From a virus, in IMG/VR virus record IMGVR_UViG_3300021472_000001, positions 7,923 to 71,922 of that record: 64,000 bases of DNA; one strand, given 5' to 3'. The position numbers were made by a program, and so were the translations under genes. This document shows, in pieces, positions 1 to 10,196 of this stretch. Position 1 is the stretch's first letter; each line of letters begins with the position of its first letter. Below the pieces are notes generated by a model. That model searched no databases and was not told where the DNA came from. It was given only the letters and a program-made list of their open reading frames with translations.

Positions 1-2025
1 TTCTCCTCCAATATATTTATTCAAGTCAGTTTGGGATAAAATATCCTCTATTTCTTTTAGAGGAGCGTAAAACCATTTATTTAGGATGCTCTTATAATCT
101 ATTTCAGGAAGGTCATCAATTATATCCTCATGAATAGCCAAATAGCCGATAGAACTATCTTTGGTTGGGACAATAGGAAGCTTCTCGCCAGCATAATACG
201 GTATCCGATACAATCGTAGTCTATTCTTAGCAGCCTTGAGATGAGAAGTTTGCACTTTAGGCGAAACCGAAGAGAGGCGTATCCATTCTGCTATATCCAT
301 TATGTTTTGCTTCTTTATTTCTTCCTGCACTCGAGACTTTAACTCTCGTAATTCTTTCCATTCATTCTTGAGTATATACTCGTAAGCTGACATGAGAGCA
401 TTCCTGATATACATGGGACACGATGTTCTATTTACCACTGTTCCTGTTATTTTCAACTTGCCATCTTTTGTAATCCCGAAATAGTTCTTCTTTTTATCGT
501 AAAGAAATAGAACGTCAAATTCCTTATCTATATCGAGATTAAACTCTTCTCCCCATGTTTTGTGTAATTCCTCATTTAGTTCATTCATAATCTTTATGGG
601 CTCTGGATGAATTATCATTAGGGCATCAGTATCCCCAGCTAATATAGGAATGCCTCTGTCTTCTACTCGTTTCCAGATGTAAGTTAGTAGCTTCCTCTCA
701 TAAGCAGTGACCTCAGCTGCCAGCTTTCTATTATAAAATCTCGACTTTGAATACCCGAGTATCCCTATGCAAGCATTGAGCAGGAACTTATACGAGGTGT
801 TCCATATTTGACTCCGAGTGTCTCCTCGCTCTTTGTATAATTTCTTATATTCAAGCCTTCTTTCAAATAGTTCCCGAATGGTCTCAGTAAGAATGCCTGG
901 ATTCCTTATGTCCCTATCAGGTGAGATATTAAAGTGCATGACTATGGACGGATAGAGCGAGGTAAAATCTAACACAGTAATACCTCGATGCAAACCTTTT
1001 TGAGGTTCTCGAACCAATGCACCCTTATATTTTTGATGCTTTACTCGTCCTTTATTGGGCAACACATACTTATTGTGATATCGTTTTAGCAAATACGCTT
1101 CGATGATGCTACTCCTATTCATGATGTCTATGGTATTGAGAGGAACAAGATTTTGGAAAGAGAAGACCAACTGAGAAAGCTTCAGCTTCTCGTCTATTTC
1201 CTTTGTGAGGGTTACGTCCTCTATACAGTGAAGGAGTTCAGGCAAAGATGGGTCTTTCCTTCTTCCAAGCACAAGATAAGCAACGTGATCAAGGAAATAC
1301 CGTCCTCCTCGTTCGCCAAACTCCCGATATGCTCTCATTAAGTCAAGAGGTTGGCTCTCTTCTATTGTCAACTCATCATGATATTTGCGAAACACGCTTT
1401 TGTCTTTAGCACGATTATACATGTAAATTAAATCGAAGCGTGATGAATTCCATCCAATTATCACATCGAAATCTAATGTCTTACAAAACGAGAGGAAGGA
1501 CCTTAGGAGTTCTTCATCGTTGTCAAACACAAAGGCTTTAACACCTTCTATCGCATAATCACGTAATACGAAAGGATAGTGTCGCTGGGTGAAATTATCA
1601 TAAGCATCAATTACAGTGATAGGGAGAGGAGCATGCTCAGTATCGAGAGAACCATTTCCTCTCTCCACTTCGATATCAAAATAGAGTATTCTTCTATTCA
1701 ATCCGAATGTTAAGCCTGAATCTATTAGGTAACGGGTCAAATATGGTATATCAGACTCCATGCTAAAACTAACATTTCGTTTTCCCTTTTCAAGGTCTTC
1801 TATTGAATTAAAAGAAATTTTATCTAATGGCTTATCGTCATAGGAAACAAAACCACTCTCCCGTGAGACGTGAGGAAACTTCACTTCTTCATCTGGCTTT
1901 ACATAAAAATAGGGATACTCTCCCTTTCGCACTGAATAAGCTACATTACGACCTTCCCTAAATTTTAACTTGACGGAGGGTCTTCTTTTCCGAGAACCAA
2001 TTAAAGAAGCATTCACGAGTTCCAT
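1..2025 (-). CDS. polB: Family B DNA polymerase (C-terminus runs off the window)
   Basis: Missing from the ORF track because it has no stop in the window. Manual translation from ATG 2025 gives ExoI RILYFDIEVE, ExoII GWNSSRFD, motif A VLDFTSLYPSI, motif B KFLLNACIG and motif C LAGDTDA. Confidence 0.95.
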   Translation of the reverse strand, partial: MELVNASLIGSRKRRPSVKLKFREGRNVAYSVRKGEYPYFYVKPDEEVKFPHVSRESGFVSYDDKPLDKISFNSIEDLEKGKRNVSFSMESDIPYLTRYLIDSGLTFGLNRRILYFDIEVERGNGSLDTEHAPLPITVIDAYDNFTQRHYPFVLRDYAIEGVKAFVFDNDEELLRSFLSFCKTLDFDVIIGWNSSRFDLIYMYNRAKDKSVFRKYHDELTIEESQPLDLMRAYREFGERGGRYFLDHVAYLVLGRRKDPSLPELLHCIEDVTLTKEIDEKLKLSQLVFSFQNLVPLNTIDIMNRSSIIEAYLLKRYHNKYVLPNKGRVKHQKYKGALVREPQKGLHRGITVLDFTSLYPSIVMHFNISPDRDIRNPGILTETIRELFERRLEYKKLYKERGDTRSQIWNTSYKFLLNACIGILGYSKSRFYNRKLAAEVTAYERKLLTYIWKRVEDRGIPILAGDTDALMIIHPEPIKIMNELNEELHKTWGEEFNLDIDKEFDVLFLYDKKKNYFGITKDGKLKITGTVVNRTSCPMYIRNALMSAYEYILKNEWKELRELKSRVQEEIKKQNIMDIAEWIRLSSVSPKVQTSHLKAAKNRLRLYRIPYYAGEKLPIVPTKDSSIGYLAIHEDIIDDLPEIDYKSILNKWFYAPLKEIEDILSQTDLNKYIGGE

Positions 2026-2026
2026 T

Positions 2027-2737
2027 TCAAAACTCCTCTAAGCTCTTTTGATATTTATCTCGACCCAATACTCTCTCCTGAATCATCTCACAATAATGTT
2101 CGGAAATCTCAATACATATCCATCTGCGATTATGCTTCTCACATGCTACTGCGGTTACACCCGAACCTGCAAACGGGTCAAGTATTAATTCACCTTCTTT
2201 AGGACTGCCTCGCAATAATAACCTCTCCCAAAATTTGAGAGGCTTAGGACATGGATGGTTATACGATTGGTTTTCCAAACCTGTTGCCTCTATAATATCG
2301 CTCCTCGCTCCAAGTCCTTGAGTTAAGTATGGGTCCTTGCCATACGCAAGTATCGGTTGCCATTGAGCAAATCCCCACTTGCCTCTTGAATTCGTCGTTT
2401 TATATATCCAAGCGAGAATCCAGTATGGCTCTGGATAAAGAGAAATGTTAGTGATACCACAGGTGAGCAGGACAACCTTTGCTACTCGTTTAGCTTGTGG
2501 CATGAATTCCCGAATGAGAGGCTTGAGGTTCTCTTTGGTATCTTCATAATTATCGTATTGCTTCCCTAACGCGTAAGGAGGATCCGTCAATATTAAATCT
2601 ACACATTTATCGGGAAGAGTCCTCATGATTTCAATACAGTCCCCGAGAAGCATCACTCCTTGATCTGTATGAAAATAATGATATTTGCTATTTATTAGCC
2701 TTCGATATAATTTATCCCAATCAGTTTCCTCAGTCAT
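2027..2737 (-). CDS. DNA amino-methyltransferase (N6A/N4C, beta class)
   Basis: TDPPY catalytic motif, HPCPKP, and LDPFAGSG SAM-binding motif. Confidence 0.93.
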   Translation of the reverse strand: MTEETDWDKLYRRLINSKYHYFHTDQGVMLLGDCIEIMRTLPDKCVDLILTDPPYALGKQYDNYEDTKENLKPLIREFMPQAKRVAKVVLLTCGITNISLYPEPYWILAWIYKTTNSRGKWGFAQWQPILAYGKDPYLTQGLGARSDIIEATGLENQSYNHPCPKPLKFWERLLLRGSPKEGELILDPFAGSGVTAVACEKHNRRWICIEISEHYCEMIQERVLGRDKYQKSLEEF

Positions 2738-2754
2738 CTTGAAGTTCTCTCATT

Positions 2755-2846
2755 TGCACATATTTAGCACAGAACAAAACTTTTCATTTCGGATATATTT
2801 ATATAGGCTTGAACAGAAAAATTTGCACTACGCTTATTTATGTGCA
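2755..2846. repeat. Dispersed symmetric 92-93 bp element, copy A
   Basis: TGCACATA (2755) ... TATGTGCA (2839-2846) with inner AAA(C/T)TT boxes; intergenic. Confidence 0.85.
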
Positions 2847-2881
2847 TCTCATGAGAAATTTTCAATGTTTCATTGAACATA

Positions 2882-3115
2882 TCAGACTTGTCTAACACGA
2901 ATCCCGTGAATAGACTTTAAAGCTTCTACTCGAGACTTCACCATTTCCTCATTATCTCCGACTACACGAACCCAAATACAGTCCAAACGATCTCGTCGGT
3001 CTGCCAGTGTGTCCTTCCCGTCAAACCAGCTATCTATACTTAGAAGATAGAAGAGTCGAATCTTGCTAATCAGATCCGCAACATTAGCATAAAACTTTAT
3101 CATGCTATCCATCAT
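2882..3115 (-). CDS. Hypothetical protein
   Basis: 77-aa ORF co-oriented with its neighbours. Confidence 0.5.
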   Translation of the reverse strand: MMDSMIKFYANVADLISKIRLFYLLSIDSWFDGKDTLADRRDRLDCIWVRVVGDNEEMVKSRVEALKSIHGIRVRQV

Positions 3116-3318
3116 AAAGAGAGAAGGTCGAGTTTTTCATGTAATTCTTCGGGAGTTAATTCGCCATGCTTTCTTTGAAACTCTTCTACCTTCTTGGGAA
3201 GTTCTGGATCTGACCAAATCTCGTCCAGAGTCTTTTCTATTTCCCTTATCTTCTTCATCCTTTGGGATGCCATATCTTCTTTCATTTCAATCTCCCTCCT
3301 TCTTAGAAAGACAATTTC

Positions 3319-4560
3319 TTAAAATCCTATCCTCTCTATCACAGAAGGTTCTCTTCCCAGTTTCGTCTGTGCAACTAAGGGCTTGAGTCTCTGATATGCT
3401 ATCTCACAATATTCTTTGTTCAAGTCTATTTGAATGCTATTGAAACCCATTTGTTCAGCAACAACTCCGACTGTCCCTGTTCCTGCGAAAATATCCATTA
3501 CAACTCCACTATCGTATCCAGCGTTACAATCATATCCCTTCCAGCCCAAAAAACGTTTAGCTGTTAGCCATCCCTTTTCTGGAACCTCTTGCATCACTAC
3601 TCCCATGTCTTCTCTTGGTTTCTTATTACGCTTATTCTCACGAGGCTCTAATTGGATAGTCTCAAACTCCTTTATTTTCGGTCTTCCACACTTCCTACAA
3701 ACGTATCGAGGACATCCAGCGAGAAGACAAGAAGACACAAGGCGAGTCGGGAACGCAGCGTAATGAGGTAAAGAAGAAGGCTCAAGATTAATGAACCACA
3801 CGTTAGGACGATTAGCACCAGTCAATTCCCCTTGATTAACTCGCTCTGCGAAGTGCTGTGCTCCCGTGTGTTTAACGGCTCCTTGAACATCTCCCTTCGT
3901 TGGATTGTAAGCGTGCTTAACTCGTTCTTTTGTTGCTGCTTTGAGAGGAGTTCTAATTGCATCTTGGTCCCAGTAATACCGAGGACTCTTTGTTAAAACA
4001 TAAACGGGTTCGTAAGAAAAGGAACATCTATCTTTCGCAGATGTTGGCATACTTGAGCCAATAGTTGAATTAGTCTTAGAAATCCACAACCTCTTCGTCC
4101 AAATTACACGATCCCTGAGAATAAATCCTAACTCGTCTATACATCTAATAATAAATCTTTCGTTTTGAAGAGCCATGCATTTAGATTTTACGCCTTCCTT
4201 TGTAATGTCAGCATAAAATTCAGCGGCACTCTTGCCTTTATATCTTAATTTATGCCCTTTGGGATAGTGTTCTGATTTGTGTCCTGTTCCCGTTCCACCA
4301 TAACAATCTCCATGGTTCCAAAATATAACTCCCGTCTTTTTCAGAATTCGCTTCAATTCTCTCATTACATCTAATAAATGCTCAATATATAAATCCAGCG
4401 TAGGTTCCAATCCTATCTCCTTAGCTTTATCTGGGTGATCATCAGGCAAATACGAGCGCAGAGACCAGTAGGGAGGTGAGGTAATAACTGTATCCACACT
4501 TTCGTCAGGCAACTTCTTTAGGACATCCAACACATGCCCACAAATTATCGTATGCTTCAT
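3319..4560 (-). CDS. DNA methyltransferase, probably N4-cytosine, with a Zn-ribbon-like insert
   Basis: TSPPY motif, HYAAFP, DIFAGTGT; CRKC insert. Confidence 0.92.
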   Translation of the reverse strand: MKHTIICGHVLDVLKKLPDESVDTVITSPPYWSLRSYLPDDHPDKAKEIGLEPTLDLYIEHLLDVMRELKRILKKTGVIFWNHGDCYGGTGTGHKSEHYPKGHKLRYKGKSAAEFYADITKEGVKSKCMALQNERFIIRCIDELGFILRDRVIWTKRLWISKTNSTIGSSMPTSAKDRCSFSYEPVYVLTKSPRYYWDQDAIRTPLKAATKERVKHAYNPTKGDVQGAVKHTGAQHFAERVNQGELTGANRPNVWFINLEPSSLPHYAAFPTRLVSSCLLAGCPRYVCRKCGRPKIKEFETIQLEPRENKRNKKPREDMGVVMQEVPEKGWLTAKRFLGWKGYDCNAGYDSGVVMDIFAGTGTVGVVAEQMGFNSIQIDLNKEYCEIAYQRLKPLVAQTKLGREPSVIERIGF

Positions 4561-4660
4561 TTCTGTTCGGGAATCTTGATAAAGTAAAGGCTATAACAAA
4601 ATGGACAATAAAAATAGCCACACTCCAATCTTACTAATTCCGAACCACAAACTGGACACT

Positions 4661-5512
4661 CTAACATTTGTGCTTTCTCCACTTACATAATTTAGGAATG
4701 CAATATCCCTGTTTCCTAATAGTGCCACATGACGGGATTTTATAATTTTTGTTCCGTATCTGGTTAATTTGATACGCTGTCATCTCCTCATCCCAGTCTT
4801 CCCAGCAATAACTCTTTGCCTCCTCAATCATCTCTGTATCACTCTTGCCCTGAGCTATTCTTAGTGCTGCCCACCCAAACCTTATGAACTGTGATGGATG
4901 TCTTTCCCTAATGAAATATTCAATGCAAGGACGATAGAGTTCTTGAGGAATATCTTGAGGAATAGAATGAAACACGTGAATCTCTTCTCCATTAAGCAAA
5001 TCAAACGGATTCACAAACTTGGTTATTTTCTGTTTTATGATTCTTACTCGGCGATTCAATTCTGGATAATAACTCCCTGGAAGACGTGCCAAGCCATTAA
5101 CTATACCATCGGTGATATCGTCATAATGCTCAATGCCAACAGAATCTATAACATAATCAGAAATGCATCGAAATGCATTAGAATCCATTGCAACAGGTGA
5201 AAGATGAATATAAAAATGATAACCTCTTTTTGGTTCTGCTATGGTAAAAGAGAGATTATGATATTTAGCAAAATCCTCAAGTTTCGTTATCTCCCGTTCT
5301 GCTGTATTCTTTTTGCAATCGAAATCATAAAAGAGATACAAGGGGAATGCTCGCCTATCTTGAAACATACTGATGCTTCCATATAGAGGCTCTTTTTTCA
5401 TTAGATATTTCGTGATTTCAGAAGACGAATAGACTGGGAATTGTTTGAGGTCTGCTTTTGCTATCCTACGATAATAGCCGTGAGGAGTGTAATAGAACAA
5501 TCCGTAATTCAT
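4661..5512 (-). CDS. Archaeo-eukaryotic primase: PriS-like catalytic domain fused to a PriL C-terminal Fe-S-like domain
   Basis: FYDFD, RGYHFY and RLPGS AEP motifs; C-terminal RPCI...PSC...C...C pattern as in the PriL C-terminal domain. Confidence 0.85.
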   Translation of the reverse strand: MNYGLFYYTPHGYYRRIAKADLKQFPVYSSSEITKYLMKKEPLYGSISMFQDRRAFPLYLFYDFDCKKNTAEREITKLEDFAKYHNLSFTIAEPKRGYHFYIHLSPVAMDSNAFRCISDYVIDSVGIEHYDDITDGIVNGLARLPGSYYPELNRRVRIIKQKITKFVNPFDLLNGEEIHVFHSIPQDIPQELYRPCIEYFIRERHPSQFIRFGWAALRIAQGKSDTEMIEEAKSYCWEDWDEEMTAYQINQIRNKNYKIPSCGTIRKQGYCIPKLCKWRKHKC

Positions 5513-5524
5513 TGGAAATGTGAT

Positions 5525-6187
5525 TCATATTCCGCCCTTTACAACGAATGTTCCTAAATTATCAGCGACATCCTCAGCTGAGTCTAAGACCTGTTCTAAT
5601 CTTTCAAGTATCTCTAAAAGAAGTAATCGCTCACCTTCGTCTCTGAAGTCTCGTCTGACTAAACGAAGAAGCCAGTCTCTGTATAGCTCATCACCTCTAT
5701 GTTCGCAATAATTGATACCTTCAATACGCTTCTCAAGTTCCTCTTGATTTTTCACGACATCAGAAAGGAGGACAACCGAAGTATAAATATCTAAGATAGT
5801 CAATTCAAAAACGGGCACAAACTCATTCTTCATCAATAAAGCGAGAGAATTCGGCTCTATATTCGCTATCCTCCATGCAGAGCCCTCTACATTATCAATG
5901 ATGTTATCGAGATTGTGTAAGAACACTTGAATGTCTCCTTTTTCTTCCGTTACTCTTGTGTGATCGCAGAGAAGTGTTACATTTAAATCATGAATTTTCT
6001 TGTCTGCTTCTTCTTCTAACACCTTAATCCTCTCCGCTGTTTTTAGTGGATGTTCATCCTCTCCTAAACGCTTCAAAGCGTCTATACTCTTCTCGATTAT
6101 TACAACTAAATCTTGAATTGATTGAAGATACATTTCTGTTCTTCTCGGCACGAAATACTTTGTGAATGAAAACACTCTCTTTAGCAT
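5525..6187 (-). CDS. DUF47 / PhoU-like phosphate transport regulator
   Basis: Two helical repeats, LEEEAD...LDNIIDNVE and EHRGD...LEQVLDSAEDVAD. Confidence 0.88.
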   Translation of the reverse strand: MLKRVFSFTKYFVPRRTEMYLQSIQDLVVIIEKSIDALKRLGEDEHPLKTAERIKVLEEEADKKIHDLNVTLLCDHTRVTEEKGDIQVFLHNLDNIIDNVEGSAWRIANIEPNSLALLMKNEFVPVFELTILDIYTSVVLLSDVVKNQEELEKRIEGINYCEHRGDELYRDWLLRLVRRDFRDEGERLLLLEILERLEQVLDSAEDVADNLGTFVVKGGI

Positions 6188-6981
6188 TTAATTTCTCTCA
6201 CCTCTCCCGGATTTATAAATAACTTTCCTTTCTTCACCTCTTCCTTTAATCTTTTCAATCCTAATTTATAATAAGCCAAATCTTTCTCTATTGCTATTGA
6301 GTTCCTTCCAAGAGACTCTGCTACTACGCTCGTGGTAAACATTCCCGCAAACGGGTCTAATACTATATCGCCGGGAAAGCTCCAATACTCCATAAGTTCT
6401 CTTATCACTTTGCGAGGCTTGAGAGTAGGGTGGTTATACCTTCTTCGTTCGTCTCCAGTAGAAGGTGTAGCAAAAATATAATCTGGATGCTCTTTAAGAG
6501 ACTTATTAAAATGATGTTTGTTTCCTTTCTGACGAGTTGCGATTATAAAGCACATCGATGCGTTACACCAAACGTTACTTCTAAACATTGGGAGATAAGA
6601 AGGAGAAATCCAGACTCCTATATTACGAATATGACTTCCTTCTTTCTCTATCACCTGCATTGTCTGCTCAGCTAACCGCTTACCCGTAAATGTTATGAGG
6701 ACACCACTTCGTTCCTTCAATATCGGTAAAGCGAGAGGAATCCAATCCTCTGGGAATATTTCATTCTTATCCCATTGACCAAAATCTAATGAATACTTCC
6801 GATTGTCCATATTGAGAGTTGTTTCTTGAGAAATGTTAAAGGGTGGATCGGTTAGAATCAAATCTACGAAGTCCTTAGGCAATAAAGAAAGTATTTTACG
6901 ACAATCTCCGTGAATGACATAATGTCTGATTTTATCTTTTGGGAATTCCAGCTCTATCATCTTCCTCATAAAAGAAATCAT
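6181..6981 (-). CDS. DNA amino-methyltransferase (beta class)
   Basis: TDPPF, HPTLKP, LDPFAG. Confidence 0.92.
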   Translation of the reverse strand: MISFMRKMIELEFPKDKIRHYVIHGDCRKILSLLPKDFVDLILTDPPFNISQETTLNMDNRKYSLDFGQWDKNEIFPEDWIPLALPILKERSGVLITFTGKRLAEQTMQVIEKEGSHIRNIGVWISPSYLPMFRSNVWCNASMCFIIATRQKGNKHHFNKSLKEHPDYIFATPSTGDERRRYNHPTLKPRKVIRELMEYWSFPGDIVLDPFAGMFTTSVVAESLGRNSIAIEKDLAYYKLGLKRLKEEVKKGKLFINPGEVREIKC

Positions 6982-7585
6982 GGATGCGTTTCTTGACAGG
7001 AGTATCTGCCTCTCTTGACTCTTCTATGACTTTTATGAGGCTCTTGGATTCCTTTAGGAGGTTCTCAGCTGTAACATTACCAATACGAGGAACACACATT
7101 AGGCATGCTACTCGTAGTGAATGAAGATTGGCATTGCTTTTGGATACTTTCAAGTCCGCTGTTCTTGGCGGTGAGACTTTCTGCTTCTTTTCTATCATCA
7201 TAGCAAGATATTTGAATGCACTATTCAGCTTTGCAAACTCAACGATAGGAATGCCCATCATCATGACTGAAATCTTAGAACCCTCCACCATTGAATTTGT
7301 TATGCCTCGTCGTGAGATTGTTTCTCTCCAACTGAATTCATCACCTTCAAGCAATAAAAAGGGATGAGCATAATTAGTTTTCATTACATATAAATTTGTC
7401 CAAAATGAGGGACGTCTTGCTGAGGTGATGAAATCAGATGGAGTCTTCCTCTCAATTATGATGTCCTCGTATTGAATGTCTCCCACTTCAAGTTTGCTTC
7501 GCCTGACCTTAGTGTCCTTTAGTGTTTGAACTGCTATTTCATATACATGCTTGGGCTCTCTTGTATCAACTATAACCTCACTCAT
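6932..7585 (-). CDS. ERCC4/XPF-family structure-specific nuclease with HhH
   Basis: VDTRE, VGD, IERKT motifs; VPRIG HhH. Confidence 0.9.
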   Translation of the reverse strand: MSEVIVDTREPKHVYEIAVQTLKDTKVRRSKLEVGDIQYEDIIIERKTPSDFITSARRPSFWTNLYVMKTNYAHPFLLLEGDEFSWRETISRRGITNSMVEGSKISVMMMGIPIVEFAKLNSAFKYLAMMIEKKQKVSPPRTADLKVSKSNANLHSLRVACLMCVPRIGNVTAENLLKESKSLIKVIEESREADTPVKKRIHDFFYEEDDRAGIPKR

Positions 7586-7968
7586 CTATACATCGGGTCT
7601 GGTTTAGGAGTAGAATTAGAAGGAGGAGTCACATTAGGAATATCATCAAAAGTGAATAGCTCGTCTAATGCCTCATCCTCCTCAAACAACTCTTCTATTA
7701 GTTCCTCTAAGAAATTATCAATCGCATCATTTTTCGTTTCTATGTCAAGGTCATTTGTGAGTTCTTCTAAACAGAGAAGTAATGCTGCTCTTGCAATTGT
7801 AGGATTAGTTTTTTTCAGTCTCGAAAGAATAGAATTTGCTAATTTCTTAGCTGAACTTGTCTTTTCTTTAGAAGTAATGACTGTGCCGATGGCAGCACTC
7901 ACCTTTTCTAAATCAACTTTCATTCCAATTACCTCACATCGTTCATCACTCGAATTATACAAAGCCAT
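7582..7968 (-). CDS. Hypothetical acidic protein
   Basis: Overlaps neighbouring genes within the operon. Confidence 0.6.
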   Translation of the reverse strand: MALYNSSDERCEVIGMKVDLEKVSAAIGTVITSKEKTSSAKKLANSILSRLKKTNPTIARAALLLCLEELTNDLDIETKNDAIDNFLEELIEELFEEDEALDELFTFDDIPNVTPPSNSTPKPDPMYR

Positions 7969-8725
7969 AATCCTTCTTTAGAGGTAGTTGATGCCATTTA
8001 CTCTCCAGCTTGCCTAAATATCGTCTTCTTCTTATCTGCTTATATAGTGTCTTCTCGTCTGTTTCAACCTTAAATGAGGGAGTTCGCATTTGAAGGACAT
8101 ACTTGGCGTTGTAAGCCAGAGTGTCTCCTCCCCAGATTCTCCCCTCATCGAACTTATTCGCTTTATCCTGAGACTGATGCGAAACCACTATAATGGCAAT
8201 ATCAGTTTCATCGAGAATTAGGGAGAGTTGACCGAGTATTCGTGAGATAACATCAGCTCTGGCACCGAAGTTCTGACGTGCGCTTCCTATTGCACCTTTA
8301 ATGGGTGTAGTTATTGAATCAAGCACCAAGACTTGAGACTTGTGCTGTTTGATATATTCAAGGACAGGAAATCTCTCTGTGGCAGAAATGTTACTCTCAA
8401 CTTTACCTGCTTTGCCCTCACTTCCTTTCGTTATCAGCTGAATGTTTAAGCCCAGTGCATTTCCTAAAGAATAGAGAGATCGACAGTTTAACTGAAATGG
8501 CTGATAGAACTTCTCTCCGAATCGAGGCTGGAGGAAAGTGGTAAATGCTTTAGGGTCTCCTATTTCAGTATTGATTATCACGCTGTTCTGCTGACACGCT
8601 AATTGATACGCTAATAAGGACTTGCCTGAGTTGGGACCGCCGAAGAGGAAAAGCATTTCATTTTGCGTCAATCCTCCGTCAACTAATCCGTCAACCACTT
8701 TTGAATCAAACTTGAACATTTCCAC
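7955..8725 (-). CDS. RadA/RadB-like RecA-family ATPase
   Basis: Walker A GGPNSGKS, Walker B LVLDS, GG-x-L-x-Y loop. Confidence 0.88.
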   Translation of the reverse strand: MEMFKFDSKVVDGLVDGGLTQNEMLFLFGGPNSGKSLLAYQLACQQNSVIINTEIGDPKAFTTFLQPRFGEKFYQPFQLNCRSLYSLGNALGLNIQLITKGSEGKAGKVESNISATERFPVLEYIKQHKSQVLVLDSITTPIKGAIGSARQNFGARADVISRILGQLSLILDETDIAIIVVSHQSQDKANKFDEGRIWGGDTLAYNAKYVLQMRTPSFKVETDEKTLYKQIRRRRYLGKLESKWHQLPLKKDYGFV

Positions 8726-9600
8726 TACTCCAGCAAAGATAAAATAGAAAGAGAAGGAGGAGTTATAGTTCCTCCCTTTGCCTCTGGATGTCCTCCAACC
8801 ACCAATTCAATTTTCTTTTCTTCGGCTTTGGCTCTGAGTTTCTCCTCTAACCAAGTAGAGAGGTCTCCTCGAATAGAGAATGCTCCCGTCTCGGTATTCT
8901 GAATAAGAATAGTCTCTTGCATATTCCTTGATAATTGAGTGGCTATTCTTCCTTCCACTGCAATATCAGAGGATATCTGACCTATCAATACGTCATTCCA
9001 TTCAACGAGTTCTAACTCCTGAAGGATTGAATTGACCCTTTGTTTCAATATCTGTTTAGCCTCTAAACATCTTGGATCATTAATGACGTCAATCGGAGAC
9101 TGTGCTTCCTCAAGAACATCCCACGCATCGAACTCTTGCCCTAACCTGCAAAGAGCGTTCACACCAGAGGACAAGAGATGATACAGTCGCAAATGAAATG
9201 GGACGTTCTTATAGCCGTAAAACTTCGTGTGTCCCGTCTTCAAGAGGGGACAAGTATCCCACACTTCTGAAGGAATTGAATAGGGTTCCATATCTCCAAC
9301 CGCTCCAATGGCGGTAATCCACCACTTCTCTGTGGGAATCTTGTCCTTATAATTCTTGAAGACAATCACGGCTGTCGGAGTATTATCGAAAATCAATTCA
9401 TATTTCCGTTCGCTCGGGTGATTAGGATGGTGGTCTATAACGAGTCCCTCAAAGGAAGGACTTGGATGCATATCTAAAACAACAGTAGAACCCTCTGCTA
9501 TATTCCCAAAGTCTCTTATTTCTACTGTATCTTCTCCGTTAGCTAAAGTATAAAGATAAGCTGCGGAGAGTCCGTCCGCATCGTGATGAGTTGTTATCAT
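8725..9600 (-). CDS. DHH-family phosphoesterase (RecJ/GAN-like exonuclease)
   Basis: HHDADG, DHH and C-terminal GGH motifs. Confidence 0.9.
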   Translation of the reverse strand: MITTHHDADGLSAAYLYTLANGEDTVEIRDFGNIAEGSTVVLDMHPSPSFEGLVIDHHPNHPSERKYELIFDNTPTAVIVFKNYKDKIPTEKWWITAIGAVGDMEPYSIPSEVWDTCPLLKTGHTKFYGYKNVPFHLRLYHLLSSGVNALCRLGQEFDAWDVLEEAQSPIDVINDPRCLEAKQILKQRVNSILQELELVEWNDVLIGQISSDIAVEGRIATQLSRNMQETILIQNTETGAFSIRGDLSTWLEEKLRAKAEEKKIELVVGGHPEAKGGTITPPSLSILSLLE

Positions 9601-10196
9601 TTCTTTAGCTTCAACCCATTCTTTCCTAGTGAGTATTCTCTTCCTTTCATAGAGGTCAAGACTTCCTTTATGCTATCGAAGTCTTCGCTTCCTATCTCCA
9701 ATCCAACTTTTAGCGCCAACTCATCTATATTTGCGTAGGTTTCCCCTTCACACTGCTTAAGTGCTTCCTTAATCTTCTTCTCTAACTCTCCTGTCTCTTT
9801 GATATTAACATTCCAGCTCTGGTTTCCTTTTCTCTGCATAGTGAATATCAAATCAGCCCACTCTTCTGGCTTCTCTATATCTCGACCACTATCTTCTATT
9901 GCCTGTCTTATTGCTCCTACTGCACTCTCACTCACCGAGAGGACAGCAACGCTATCTTCTTCCATAGCATATATGAATGTCTCAAGGACACCATTCCGAA
10001 GCTTTTCATTTACTTCTCTGCCAGCTAAATCTGCCTCGCCAGGGAAGTATCGCACCCATTCGCCTTTATCCAGCTCTATGCCTTCGGGGGTCTTCCCGGC
10101 TTCAAAACGGAACGTTACAATCTTCTTATCATTCTGCCCAAAGAATATCACTGGCATAGAAGTCTTGACCTCACCCATCTTAACTACTTCTGGCAT
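9597..10196 (-). CDS. Hypothetical protein (possible ssDNA-binding protein, from context only)
   Basis: 199 aa, inside the replication/recombination operon; no diagnostic motif. Confidence 0.55.
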   Translation of the reverse strand: MPEVVKMGEVKTSMPVIFFGQNDKKIVTFRFEAGKTPEGIELDKGEWVRYFPGEADLAGREVNEKLRNGVLETFIYAMEEDSVAVLSVSESAVGAIRQAIEDSGRDIEKPEEWADLIFTMQRKGNQSWNVNIKETGELEKKIKEALKQCEGETYANIDELALKVGLEIGSEDFDSIKEVLTSMKGREYSLGKNGLKLKK

